A DNA stretch of 64,000 nt from the human T2T-CHM13v2.0 reference genome, Homo sapiens: assembly GCF_009914755.1 (NCBI RefSeq), contig NC_060933.1. One strand, 5' to 3'. This document shows, piece after piece, positions 1 through 13,689 of the stretch (positions within the stretch are counted from its first letter, which is position 1; each line of letters opens with the position of its first letter). The notes under the pieces were generated by a model, which was not told the origin of the DNA, did no database searches, and saw only the letters and a list, made by a program, of their open reading frames with translations. The position numbers and the translations under genes were made by a program.

Positions 1-187
1 GCTCTGTTGTGGAACTCGAAGGACACCATCGATACTGTATTCTATGTGAATGATGTCCCATTGCTAATTGTGTTCCCAAGGAGTTGTGCAAAATGGTAGA
101 CCTGGGTGGAGGAAGGCATATAGATAAATATTATTCTACAAACAGAGTTCACACATGGCTCTGCAAGGAATTTAAGAAAATAACTTC

Positions 188-410
188 ATAGCTAACATTC
201 TTTGAGTGCTTACATGTCAAGCACTGTGCTAAGCAGTGTACAGACTTGGCCACATTTTATTCCTCACAACAAACCTTCGATTATTATCCCCACTTTCCAG
301 ATGAAGAAACCAAGTCTTAAGCGAACACTTGCTTAAGATCACCCAGCTGATCAATGGCAGATGCAGGATTTGAATCCAGATCTGTGGAAATCCAGAATCC
401 AAACTCCATG
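188..410 (-). mobile_element. MIR SINE
   Basis: Reverse-complement MIR core ATCCCCACTTTCCAGATGAAGAAAC...AAGATCACCCAGCT...GGATTTGAATCCAG. Confidence 0.8.
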
Positions 411-1718
411 TCATTTTGCTAAACCACTCCTCCAAGTAAAAAAATAAAAATAAAGATAAGATAGAAAAGAGAGATCTTATTGAACACTCATGAGTGTTCA
501 GGGAGGGTTGTTTTCACTTCTTTTCCTCCTCTTAAAAGGTAGATGACCAGCTTTGGCTCATATTCTAACTCTGTGAAGGTAGGAGGCAAAAGTTTTGTGG
601 AATAACTCATTAATCAATCCCTACAGCAATCACATCTCTGTTTTACTGGTGCAGGGGGCTCTCAGTGTTTGTGGTTCTTTCATCATAAGTTGGTCACTGT
701 ATTTCCTAAAGGAATGACCTCCCTTCTTCAAGAGGTAATCACACATGCCCTGCTGAACTGGACAGAAAGCGGTAGCCAAATATCCTGTCGTCAAGCCTCC
801 TTCAAGATAACTCTGGTGAGTGGTTATTTTGGAAGTGGCTCTAATCTGTCATGTTACACGGCTTTGCTAAGACTCACTTTATTAGCTACCACCAAGAGCT
901 AATAAAACATGTCAGGAAGTCTCTGTAAGCTGTAAAAACATTTTCAAAGGTCACTGCCAACACTCTGGACTTCAATGACTATTTGAAGGAAAAGAAAACA
1001 AAAGCAGAGGCCTAGAGTTCCAAAACACAGAACTACCAAAAGAAGCAATCCCAAATGAGCTATAAAGACTGACAAACCCACATGATACCAGCCATTGGAT
1101 AAACTGTGTCCAGAAGGAGGCTTGAAGAAAAGGTACAAAAGCCACAAAATGCCAGTGAGTAGGCAGCAAATTTAGATTTAGTGTATAGGAACCTGACGGT
1201 CACACCTACTTATGCTTCCAGCACCTACAATAGAGTCCTTTATAAACAAAGGAGTAGGTGGCAGAGAAGTAATTAACTTTAGATTAACCACAGCATAGCA
1301 GGCATTCTTCTTAACTGACTTTTTTTTTTCTATTGTAAAAGTAAACATACTTTTTAATAAAAATTAGTAAAACATAGAAAAGGAGAAAATCATGTTATCT
1401 TAAAAGCTGGGAATATAGTTTGATGCCCACTGTATATTTCATGTATTGAGAGTCATGCTTTGACAGTGAGATGTCTCAAGACAAGTGGCTGTGAGCCAGC
1501 AGCTCTATTAGATTGAAAATATTGTATTAATCATTGAGATTTCCATTCACTGCTGATGAGAGGTCCAGGCACAGAAGAGACAATAACATTCTTATCTTGG
1601 CTTAGGATAAAAAATTTAGACATGAAATCTGTACTTTGTTTGGGGGGTGGAGAAAAGGTCATCTGTGGAGTCATTAAGTCGGGATGTCTTGTTGTAGAAG
1701 CATCAAAAGACCGCTGAA

Positions 1719-2020
1719 GCGGGGAGATATTGATCAAAGGGTACAAAGTTTCAGTTAGGAGGAAAAAGTTCTGAAGATGTGTTATATACTGTGTTGCATA
1801 TAGTTAATGCATATACTGTATTATGTACTTGAAAAGTGTTAAGAGACTAGATTGTAAATGTTCTCACCACAAAAAATGATATGAGTTGATTCGTGTTCAT
1901 TAGCTTGTTTTAATCATTCCACGATGTAAACATATATCAAAGCAACATGTTATACACCATAAATACATATAATTTTTATTTGCCAATTAAATAATAAATA
2001 GATTTTTTTAAAAAAAAAAG
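1719..2020 (+). mobile_element. L1MA-type LINE-1 3' end
   Basis: GGGGAGATATTGATCAAAGGGTACAAAGTTTCAGTTAG...TGTAAATGTTCTCACCACAAAAAA...A-rich tail. Confidence 0.8.
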
Positions 2021-2289
2021 ACTGTTGATAGGTTGGTATGCCCCAGACAGAGAGAGGCAGGTTCTATCCTGCTTTGGAACAGTTGCTAGCCTGCTCACTG
2101 ATTGTGCATGGCTGTTTTTAATAACTTATTGCAGGCATCAACAGGGAGCGAATGTGATTCAATCCTTAAATACTGCAACGCTCAGTGATCTAGTCAATAA
2201 CAGGAGATACCATATGGGTGTGTTGTCCCTTCCTTTGTGTTTCTGTTTTCTTTTTCCTCCTCTACTTGCTAAGAAAGGCAACACAGAAC

Positions 2290-2500
2290 GGTAGCAAGAG
2301 CCCAGGTCCTGGAGCCAAGCTGACCAGGGCTGAGTCAGGCTCAGCCTGATTTGCTTTCTAACTTTAGGCTCATTCTGTTGCTCCTCAGTGGCATCTACAC
2401 AATGGAGATAACAATAGGACTCGTTCAAGGAGCACTTGCAGGATTAAATGAGACATGCTTTTAAAGCACTCAGCAAGCAGCTTGGCATGTACAGAACAAT
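2290..2500 (+). mobile_element. MIR SINE
   Basis: CTGGAGCCAAG...CATCTACACAATGGAGATAACAATAG...GGATTAAATGAGA. Confidence 0.65.
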
Positions 2501-2829
2501 CAAAAAGTGAGGAAATCACAATTATTGTGTTACTGGCTGGGAGCTTTGAGGACGGGGGTTATGTTACCTTTTTTGGATACTGAGCACAAGGTGCCTGGCC
2601 ACTTAAGGTAGGGGTGTGGGGGAGGGCTCTAAAAATGCTCAAGAATAAATGAATTTGGTTAAATTTATTTCAGGTTCCTTTCCTGATACACTTTCCCTAC
2701 ATGTATTTTTTTCCTTCTCCAAAATAGTAAACCACATTTTCTTTTGCTTCAAACAGATGTATCACTGACAGTAGGTTGAGGCAATTCTCTTATTTTCTTG
2801 TTCAAGAAATATTTATATTTCTTGTATTA

Positions 2830-3086
2830 TTTTTTATATTCAGCAGTCCTTTTCCCCCTTCTCTATTCATAGCTTTCGTCCCTGGGGGAACTGCTCCCTC
2901 AGTCACTGGGGCTCTGGCAAGTTTGCCAATCGGTTATCCCCAAGCCCACTCCTATCCACCCCAATTCACACACACCAGAATCATTATTTGACTCTGAGGT
3001 CACCTTCTTTCTAATAAATCCTGTTTCCTACTCAGGTTAGTCAGAGTCAGTTTCTGTTGCTTGCAACCAAGGAGCCCTAAATGATA
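2830..3086 (+). mobile_element. MLT1-type (MaLR) LTR 3' fragment
   Basis: Typical end AATAAATCCTGTTT...AGTTTCTGTTGCTTGCAACCAAGGAGCCCTAAATGATA; left boundary uncertain. Confidence 0.55.
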
Positions 3087-4359
3087 TGTACCTTGTTTTT
3101 TCTTCCTTTCTAATCATATTTCCTTACTACTTTATGTTTCCCATATTTCTCCTTGACTATCTACCACTATTTCACCTTGACTATCTAAATTTAGTCTCCT
3201 TCCCCACTGAATATGGCAGAATTTATTCCAGTCTGTGAATAAGGATGACATCATGTCTCTTCTAATAAGTTCAGCCCTCTTCTTAACTATCACAGTGTCT
3301 CCATAAAATTCATTTACCCTCAAGGCAGCCTGATTTTTGGCTGAGCAAAATGTTAATTTTAGCATCCTAGGTGCCCTAAGACTTAGCTATTACAATCTCA
3401 AAATGGTAACGCATTTAACCATCCACGTTAACCCTCTTCATTTTACAGTAAGGAAAAAGGAGGACAGACATTTAATGACTTGTGCAAGGCCAAACACCAA
3501 ATCAAGGACAAACTAGAATACAATCTCCTGATATTTGGTAAGATGCCTTCATCATCTTTTTGAGCAGCTTTTAAGGAAATAATATTTTGGGCCCATTCCA
3601 AGCAAATTTTCTTTGTGTAGTGGAAAAGACCTTTGTCATAGGACAGTAACATCTACAAGACAGTCCTTCTTCTTTGTTCAACAGAAGTTGGGGAAGAGGG
3701 AAAATGCAGGAAGAAGGATAGCGCTGTTCAAGAGAAATGCCTCATACTATTTCTTCTATACGGAGGTGCAGAGATTCTCCATAACTCAATCGTTCCAAGT
3801 CATGTGGCAGGCCTAAGATGAGACACTACGATTATGAGTTTTACAGAAGTGGCAAAGAGAAAAAAAAAAAAAGATCATCAAGATTGCTATATTAACAGCC
3901 CCTTTTAATATAAGGCTTTTCATCTATTGAACCACAGCATAGAGTTAATACATAGAAAACAACTCTCAAATAAATGCAAATCAATAGGCTCTCCACTGAT
4001 TATTATATAAAGCAACACATTACAGGGGAATAAACCAATAATGCCTCTATATTTTGAAGTGTTCACTAATTCTGAGTAATTACCTCCTCCAATGGCTCTA
4101 ATGAGTGCAAATCTGTGAAATTTGACTACATCTTTTTCCTTATTTAAATACTATTTTTTTAGTTCATAGAACCCTCACAAGATTCTAGTAATAACAGAAG
4201 TTCCCTCCCAAGAATTGCTTTCATGACTAAATATTTTATAATTCATAATATACTAATCTTCTATGTACAAATAAATCCTTCCAAAGTACTTGATAGTTTG
4301 TGGAATTAACTTGCTCTTTTAGATCGGCTAAACCAATTTCTCTGCAAGTACTCTTTAGA

Positions 4360-4535
4360 TCAGGGTTTCTTAATCTCACACAATCCACATTTGGGGCCAA
4401 ATAATTGTTTGTTGTGAGAGATTGTCCCATACATTGCAGGGTGTTTAGTAGTATCTACCCGTTAGATGCCAGGGGCCAAAAAGTGTCTCTAGACATGGCC
4501 AGATGTCTCCAAATCTCTCCCAGTTAAGAACCTGT
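4360..4535. mobile_element. MER20 hAT-Charlie DNA transposon relic
   Basis: CAGGGTTTCTTAA...CATTTGGGGCCAAATAATTGTTTGTTGTG...TTAAGAACCTG with terminal inverted repeats. Confidence 0.75.
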
Positions 4536-4889
4536 GTTAGGCCACTGATAAATTTTTTACCCAAGTCTCCCGTCTTTTGATAGAGGATCCAAAGATAAAT
4601 TTATGGCATGCCTTCTTCAGGAATCTCAGATCAGCATTCTGGGTTACCTCAGTAGAAATTAAAGCAAATTTACCTTTAATCACACAGCATCCCGGGGAGG
4701 AGCTCATGTGTTGTTATCTTCATTTCATTGTGGAGAAACAGAATCCAATGTCACACAGTGGGACAGAGATGTCTCCTGAAATGTACCCCTCCTCCCAATC
4801 TGGGCAGAAGGATCGTCATCTCACTTACTGCCTTCTTCCCTTCAGGATATAACATTTGCTCTGGAGGATTTTGTAGCTCAGAGCAAGAA

Positions 4890-5090
4890 CTAACCAATGG
4901 CAACTATCTCCTTGATAATTTAGGGCAAGTTATCTAATCTAGAGTCTTCATGGTTTTCTTTTTTCAGTTATAAAAATGAAGATAATAATTCCTACCTGTA
5001 AGGTTGTTACTCAGAATTGAAGATCACAGTAGACATAAAGCATTTGACACAGAGTCTAATACAGAGCAGGTGTGCACAATAAACATTAGG
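4890..5090 (+). mobile_element. MIR SINE
   Basis: GGGCAAGTTATCTAATCT...TAAAAATGAAGATAATAATTCCTACCT...AATAAACATTAG. Confidence 0.65.
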
Positions 5091-6189
5091 TCTTTCATTC
5101 CCTCTTCATGGAGAATCTCAAACCAGGATCACTACATGAGCTAATTTGGAAGTCATGATTGAGACTTAAAGAGCTGAGTAGAAAAGCAAGCAGTGCATGT
5201 ACCACCTACCAGAGACTGGGTGAGTGTGGAACCCATGTCAGGGATGCAGAAACCACTGTGACGCAGAAATACTGACCATGTAATACCACCAAGTATTTCT
5301 ATAAATAGTTACATATAATCAAATACTGTGATACCTTTTAAAAGTCACGTATAATCTGAATTTACTAAGAGAGATACCAGGGACTGTTGTGGCAAATTAC
5401 TCAAAAGGTATATACAATTTGTCACCTTCACCTAGGCATCCCCATCTCTAGTTGCTAGTAGGCTGAAACTATATGCAATTGCTGATGGGTGGCTACTTTT
5501 TTTTTAATCTGCAAAATGGCAATTTTTTAGCAGTCAACCTGAGTTCTGGGGGCAGGGGGGTGGGAAACAGACTCTTTCAAATATTTAAAATATTGAGTCC
5601 CCAAGTGGAGGTCAAATAAATTATTCTTAGTTAAGTGAGGAAAACTCTGAGGAAACCAAGCCCACATGAGATCTACTATTATCATGCATGAATGACATTC
5701 CATTCTTCCCTATCTCTCTCTTTCATAAACTCAAGATGCAAATTTATAGAGCTCTCAAAATACCCTCCAGCAAAAGAGGCAGGTGCCTTATCCCACTTCC
5801 CAGTGGGGCCCTGAATTAATCACAGGAGGAAGGCTATGCCTCATCTGAAACTGCAAATAGGCTATTAAATAAAAGAGATGGCATACCTGTGCCACACTGG
5901 GCAGTACAAGAGAGGAGACGACGAAGCACACAAGGGCAGGTGGAAATGCAAAAGCCAAATTTCAGACCATTATGGCTTTGGGGCCAGTGAGCATCCTGTA
6001 CTCAGCTCATTCCCACCTGGTTGCCCTGTTAGGGAACAGAAAGCACTGGGGAGAAGGTTAGAGCTCCAGGAACTTGGCTGAGAGGCAAGTTGCTGAACAA
6101 CTGTTTTAGAGTATTTCAGACACCCAGGTGGACCTTCACTGATGGGGTCTGGAGACCCTTCCATTAATACAAATCTTGAAAACTGTCTT

Positions 6190-7290
6190 GTGCACGTCTC
6201 TGAACCCATCCGCTAATCTGAAGGACAGAGTGATATAAACTCCCAAATTTGTATATTCAATCTTAACCTCTTTTCCAAGCCTCAGACTCCTTTCCCTGAC
6301 TGCCAAGAGATCTTCTCTATCTTGAAAATGTATTAGCATCTCAAATTTAATATGTCCCCAAATGAGATCGTATCTTCCTACACGTGCCTAATCCTGTGCC
6401 ACATAGCTCAGTGAGTGCTATCACTACTGACTCCATTCCTGGAGGAAGACCTTCAAACCCAGCTCGAAGTTCTTTTTCATTCTCTCCACATATCTAAATA
6501 TGAATCCCTCAGAAGTGTAATCTCAAGCCCAACTGCTCCTTTCGATCCCACAGCCCCTGCCTTAAATCAGGTACTTACTTCTCCCCTGGAAATTACAGCT
6601 GCCTCCTGCCTGTCCTCTCTGCTCTTCACTGCCCCTTACATCAGTCTCTCCTGCAAACTGCTCTCAGAATCCTCATTCCCAAAAAGTGTTTTTAAAGCCT
6701 TTATATTGTTTGGACATTGTCCACAACACAGTTCCTTGACAAATGAGAATGATAGATATAAATAACTTACTTTGTCTGTGACAGAGAATAATAATACTTA
6801 CAGTAATTATTGATTGTATTGTTAATTGTAGATACAGCTCTCCAAAACCTGGCCTCAACCTACCCTTATTCCTGCCATTCACCCAATGCACCCACTTTTC
6901 CCCATTGCGGTGACCTCCTCTCAGTTCCATGAGCTCAACAGGCTGTTTTATGCCCGCCTAGCTGTGCACATCCTGTTCCCTTTGCCTGGAGGGCCTGCCT
7001 CCCTCCTTCCTTCCCAAACTGCCAGGCACACAGTTACCTTTCAAGACTCAGCTCAAAAATCACCTAGGTAAAGCCTTCCCTAATGTCCTCAGGTGAAATT
7101 GAAATGAATCATTCCCTTCTCAGAGGAACATTTGTATATTTCTACTCTAGTAGTTCCTACATTATGTGGTGATTTATTTGTCTAGACTGTGAACACTTCA
7201 AGAACAGGTGTGACATCACTCACTTTTATCTACCTATATCTAGCACAAAGTCCTACTTAGAGAAGGTCCATTAACGTACATGAAAGGGAT
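6190..7290 (+). mobile_element. L2 LINE fragments
   Basis: L2-like AACTCCCAAATTTGTAT...CATCTCAAATTTAATATGTCC, TTCAAGACTCAGCTCAAA, CTAGACTGTGAAC; highly diverged. Confidence 0.55.
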
Positions 7291-8549
7291 GGCCACTGGC
7301 CTTTTATGATGGTTCTTCTAGTGTTACATTAAATGTTTAAGACAATCACTCAAAGGGGGCAGTTTTTCTTAGATGCTTTCTAGTCCTTCTTTTAGCATTT
7401 CTTCAAGGAGAGAATATTAAATATCTAGCTTAGGCTTCTGTGGAGAAGGCAAAAGTATCTGAGACCCATAAGTAGGACATCACAAGGTTCCTCATTTCCA
7501 TTTAGTTGTGATACAAATTATTTTATCTGCTTGAGAACTTGTGTTTTGATCTGTCCATGACAAGGACCAGAAACCAGTTCAAGCTACGGAAGGCAACAGG
7601 GGCTTTACAGTGATAGAATATGGCACCCAAGAGCAGAAGGTGAAGCCCAGCAATGGAACCGGGCCAGGGAACTGAAGAGCAGGGGCCGGGTGCTCCTTTC
7701 CAGCATGGGCCACGCGGTCTGCCTTCTCTGCCTCACTCTACTCCCTGGAGCCATTCCCTTCTGTTTCACATTCTGTGAGACTTCACTCCCTCCTCATTTG
7801 ACACATAGATGAGCCCCAGCTGGCACCCTCAGCCTGGACCCTGTGACTTTTCAATTCAATGGCTCACGACTAACAACTTCCCTCTGGATCTTAGTGCAAA
7901 AGTCCTGAAAGAGGGGCTGTAGGTGGCCCAGGGCTCCTTTTGGGTGACATACAAGTCACGTGACTGTCTCAAGTCAGTGTCCACCCTGGTCCACGGAGGT
8001 GGGACCTGTGTCAACGACAGGTGGGATCACACAGACAAAGGCACCCTCATCTGGGTCTGTGAGCAAAGATAGATGATCTGAAACAGGTCAAAGGCAGTAC
8101 TGACAACTCCACAGGTATATTACCCCTTAAAAAACTTGCCCTACAAGTACATTTCTGCCTCACCCTTCATCCCTGGTGGCTGTGGCAGTCTTCTGATCTG
8201 CTAACATCCAAGGTACCTAATGGAGCACATCTAGAAATCAAAAGTTAAATCTTCTTAATAAAGTAATGAGGAAATAAAATCATTAAAGAACTTCAAAGCA
8301 AGGAAAGCAAAAGAAAAACATACAGGTAAGCAAAGGTTAGAAACTTATGGCAAACATACTGATCTGTCTCCTATCTGAAATCAGATTTTGAAACATGAGT
8401 AACCACAACAATTTTGGGAGCTAAACTTCATTTCATCCATTACTCCACATACTAGGTGGGTATTATGCTCTACTAGTTTTTTTCTGGTCTCTTCCAACAG
8501 CCTAGCGCATAATGTGCAGATATTTCTGTCCTGTAGAGAATACAGCACA

Positions 8550-8755
8550 GAACCTTAGAGTCAAATAAACTGAGTTCTGCCATTTAGCACTTGTGACCAA
8601 GGGAAATACACCTAACTTCTCTGTGTCAGTTTCTTCATCTATAAAATGGAAATAATAAAGTCAACTTTGCAGAGTTCTTGGGAATGTTAACTGTAACACT
8701 TATAAAGCACATATTCCTGTGTCTGGCATATGAGGAATAGTCAATAAACGGTAAA
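8550..8755 (+). mobile_element. MIR SINE
   Basis: TAACTTCTCTGTGTCAGTTTCTTCATCTATAAAATGGAAATAATA core. Confidence 0.8.
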
Positions 8756-10068
8756 CATTTGGTTGAACCACATGAAGTTAAAAATTAGGCAGGTCATAAT
8801 GTTATATGCTCCCCCGATCAGAGGACCTTTATTATAGTTGTGTATTTATATGTTTCTATCATTAAAATGCAAGCTCCATGAGAGCCTGGACTCGGTCTAT
8901 CTTGATTCCCACACAATGCCCGGCACAGCACTTCACAGATAGAAGGTGTTCTATCTGTATTTTTTGAATGAATTAATGTGGATAATGATGATGACAAAGA
9001 TACCTCTTCTGTACTGCCTACATCTGGGGACAATTATAGACAATACAGTCCTTTATCTCATTGCCTGGTGTACAATAGGAACACGATAAATGTCTATTAA
9101 AGGAAAGAATGAGTGAGCAAGTAAATGAATGAATAAATTTCAAGTCCATATACAGAAAGTCTAATGAGACCACTAAGTTAACAAAAATTGCTATGAAACT
9201 TGTTTTTGGTAATTGCTATCACAAAACACCAAATGGGGACTGCCTTCATTTTCATGTTTCCAGCAGGCCCTTTGGTGTTGTGTGGACACTATCAGGGTTC
9301 ACTTGGCCCCGTGGGCCTCCCAGGAAAGTGAGAGAGGCAAAGTGCTGAACTGCAGCCTGCCAAGCCAGGAAAATTTAGGGTTGTAATGTGTAGCTTCCAG
9401 AAGTCTGCTGGCTTTTGTCTGCTCAGAGACAGCCAACAGCTTGCAATTGTGCGATGAGCCTTTAGCTGTTGGAGACCCTCCCATGGTACTGTATATGGCT
9501 CATGCTCCTTAACACAATTTTTGTCCTAAGAGCCTGCTAAGTTGACTCCCTGCATCTCTCACCAAACATTCAACCTTCCCAACAGGGAAGCAGGTTAAAA
9601 GGGAGACTAGTCATGGACCGAAAAAAAAAAGTTTGGTATCTGGCTCTGATGACCACTGGCTCTGATGACCACTAGGAAAGCAGGAAAGATCCTGGGCTGG
9701 ATTGATCAAGAAGACAGAAAAAAGAACTAAAGTGAAGAAAGGAAGACTTAACCTAGCCATACATATGTCTTTAACATTTCAAGTAATGGCCAGTTTATAT
9801 CTCTGGATTTTAGATTGAAGTCACATTTAGGGGAGGAGAATGTTCTCTCTGCTTTTGACAACAAATAAGGAGAAACAAAGTATGAAAGGTAGAACATAGT
9901 TACACTTAGGAGAAAGTCAGTTACTTTAAATTATTTAAGCTTCAGGAACCACAAATATGCACATATAGGGAGAAGGGAAAAGGAAAAAGTTGTTAAGATC
10001 CCAAAGAGAAACACACTAAAGTTATCTCTATCTCCTAAACTGCTTAATGCTTGGTCTGGCTCTTTACT

Positions 10069-10070
<2 letters not shown>

Positions 10071-10107
<37 letters not shown>

Positions 10108-10333
10108 GACAGGGTCTTACCCTGCTGCCCAGGCTAGAGCGCAATGGTGCAATCTCAGCTCACTGCAACCTCCACCTCCCAGGTTGAAGCGAACCCAGTT
10201 AATTTTTGTATGTTTAGAAGAGACAGGGTTTCACCATGCTGGCCAGGCTGGTCCTGAACTCCTGACCTTGTGATCCACCCGCCTCGGCCTCCCAAAGTGC
10301 TGGGATTACAGGTGTGAGCCATTATGCCTGGCC
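10071..10333 (-). mobile_element. AluS with internal deletion, inserted at the L1 tail
   Basis: T32 tail; Alu arms with about 55 nt missing after GGTTGAAGCGA (~10190); TSD-like TCTTTACTAA (10061-10070) / TCTTTATTAA (10334-10343). Confidence 0.9.
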
Positions 10334-10877
10334 TCTTTATTAAATTTTTAATTGTTATGGATACATAATAGTTGTACACATTTATGGGGCACATGTGATA
10401 TTCTGATACAAGCATACAATGTGTAATGATCACATAAGAGTAATAGGGGTATCCATCAACTCAAGAATATATCATTTCTGTTGTGTTAAGAATATTCAAA
10501 TTCCACTCTTTTAGTTATTTTGAAATACATGCTAAATTATTGTTAACTATAGTCGCTCTATTGTGCTAACACTAGAACTCACTCCTCATATCTAACTGTA
10601 TTTTTGTACCCATTAACCCTCCTCGCTTTATCTCCCCCTCCCTATTATACTTTCCTCCATCTGGGTAACCATCATTCTATTCTCTATCTCCATGACTACC
10701 CTTTTTTTTTCTTTTTGGTTCCCACATATTAACGAGAACATGTGCTATTTATCTTTCTGTGCTTGGCTTATTTCACTTAACATAATTTCCTCCATCTATG
10801 CTGTTGTAAATGACAGGATTTCATTCTTTTATATGGCTGAATAATATTCCATTGTGCATATAAACCACATTTTCTTT

Positions 10878-11212
10878 CTTTCTTTCTTTCCTTCTTTCTT
10901 TCTTTTTTTTTTTTTTTTTTTTTTTTTTTGAGACAGAGTCTCGTTCTGTCACCAGGCTGGAGTGCAATGGTGCGATCTCAGCTCACTACAACCTCTTGAA
11001 CTGCAAAGTTCAAGCGATTCTCCTGCCTTGGCTTCCCGAGTAGCTGGCATTACAGGCATGCACCACCACGCCTGGCTAATTTTTGCGCTTTTAGTAGAGA
11101 TGGGGTTTTGCCATGTTGGCCAGGTTGGTCTTGAACTCCTGACCTCAGGTGATCCACCCGCCTTGGCCTCCCAAAGTGCTGGATTTACAGGCGTGATCCA
11201 CTATGCCTGGCT
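10878..11212 (-). mobile_element. AluS with (TTTC)n/poly-T tail
   Basis: Full dimer; 17-nt TSD TAAACCACATTTTCTTT at 10861-10877 and 11216-11232. Confidence 0.93.
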
Positions 11213-11480
11213 AATTAAACCACATTTTCTTTATAACTCATCTTAGGTTGACTCCATATCTTGGCTATTGTGAACAGTGGTTCAATAAAGATGGGGGTGC
11301 AAATACTGATTTCCCTTCTTTTGGATATATACTCAGCAATGGGATTGCTGAATCATGTGGTAGTTTTATTTTTAGTTCTTTGAGGAACTTCTGTACTGTT
11401 CTCCATAGTGGCTATATTAATTTACATTCCCACCAACAGTGTATGGGGTTCCCTTTTCTCCACATCCTCACCAGCCTTAA

Positions 11481-11958
<478 letters not shown>

Positions 11959-13390
11959 TGTCCATTTTTTAAATGGGATTATTTAGGTTTTTAAAATTGA
12001 GTTGTTTGAGCTCCTTATATATTTTGGTTATTAATCCCTTCTCAGATAGGTAGTGTGCAAATACTTTCTTCCATTCTGTGGGCTGTCTCTTCATTTTCTT
12101 GGTTCCTTCCTTTGTTGTGCAGAAGCTTTTTAGCTTGATCTGATACCATTTTTCCATTTTTGCTTTAGTTGCCTGTATTTTTGAGGTCTTACCCTAATAC
12201 CAAAACCAGACAAAGACACAACAAAAAAAGAAAACTATAGGCCAACATCTTTGATGAACACAGATGCAAAAATCCTCAACAAAATACTAGCAAACTGAGT
12301 TCAACAAGGCAAGGATAATTCAACATATGCAAATCAATACATGTGATACATCATACCAATAGAATGAAGGACAAAAACCAAATGATCATTTCAACTGATG
12401 CCAGAAAAGCGTTCAATGAAATTCAACATTGATTCATGATAAAAACTCTCAAAACCTGAGTATAGAAGGAACATACCTCAACATGATAAAAGCCATATAT
12501 AACATACCCATAGCTAGAATCATATCGAACTAGGAAAAACTAAAGTTTTTATCTAAGATTTGGAACAAGACAAGAATGCCTACTTTCATCACTTTTACTC
12601 AACAGAGTACTGGAAGTCCTAGCCAGAACAATTAGACAAGGGAAAGAAATAAAGGGCATCTAAATCAGAAAAAAATGAAGTCAAACTAGCCTTGTGTGCA
12701 GATGCTATGATCTTATATTTAGAAAACCTAATGACTCCACCAAAAAACTATTAGAATTGATGAAGAAATTCAGTAAAGTTGCAGAATACAAAATCAACAT
12801 AGAAAAATCAGTATCATTTTTGTATGCCAACAGTGAACAACCTGAAAAAGAAACCAAGAAAGTAATCCCATTTACAATAGCTACAATGCAATCCCTGTCA
12901 TAACACCAGTAATGTTCTTCATAGAAAAAGAAAAAAATAATCCTTAAATGTATACAGAACCACAAAACCTGGAATAGCCGAAGCAATCCTGGGCAAAAAG
13001 AACAAAGCCAGAGGCATCACATTACACTGACTTCAAATTATGCTACAAAGCTACAGTAATTAAAACAGCATGATATTGGCATAAAAACAGACACATAGAC
13101 CAATGCAACAGAATAGATAATCCAAAAGTAAATTTATGCATTTACAGTCATCCCATTTTCAACAAAGGTGCCAAGAACATACATTGGGAAGGACAGTCTT
13201 CTTAGTAAATAGTGCTGGGAAGACTAGATATCCATATGCAAAAGAATGAAACTAGATCTCTCTCTCTTTTCATCACATACAAAAATCAAATCAAAATGGA
13301 TTAAAGACTTAATCGAAGACCTGAAGCTATAAAACTACTTGAAGAAAACACTGGGGAAATGCTCAAGGACATTGGTCTGGCCAAGATTTC

Positions 13391-13689
<299 letters not shown>

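Noticed and set aside
3613-3816. Short ORFs in unique sequence near the window start as lncRNA or microprotein exons
   Set aside because: No homology recognised and no convincing splice-site pair; lengths are within chance expectation.
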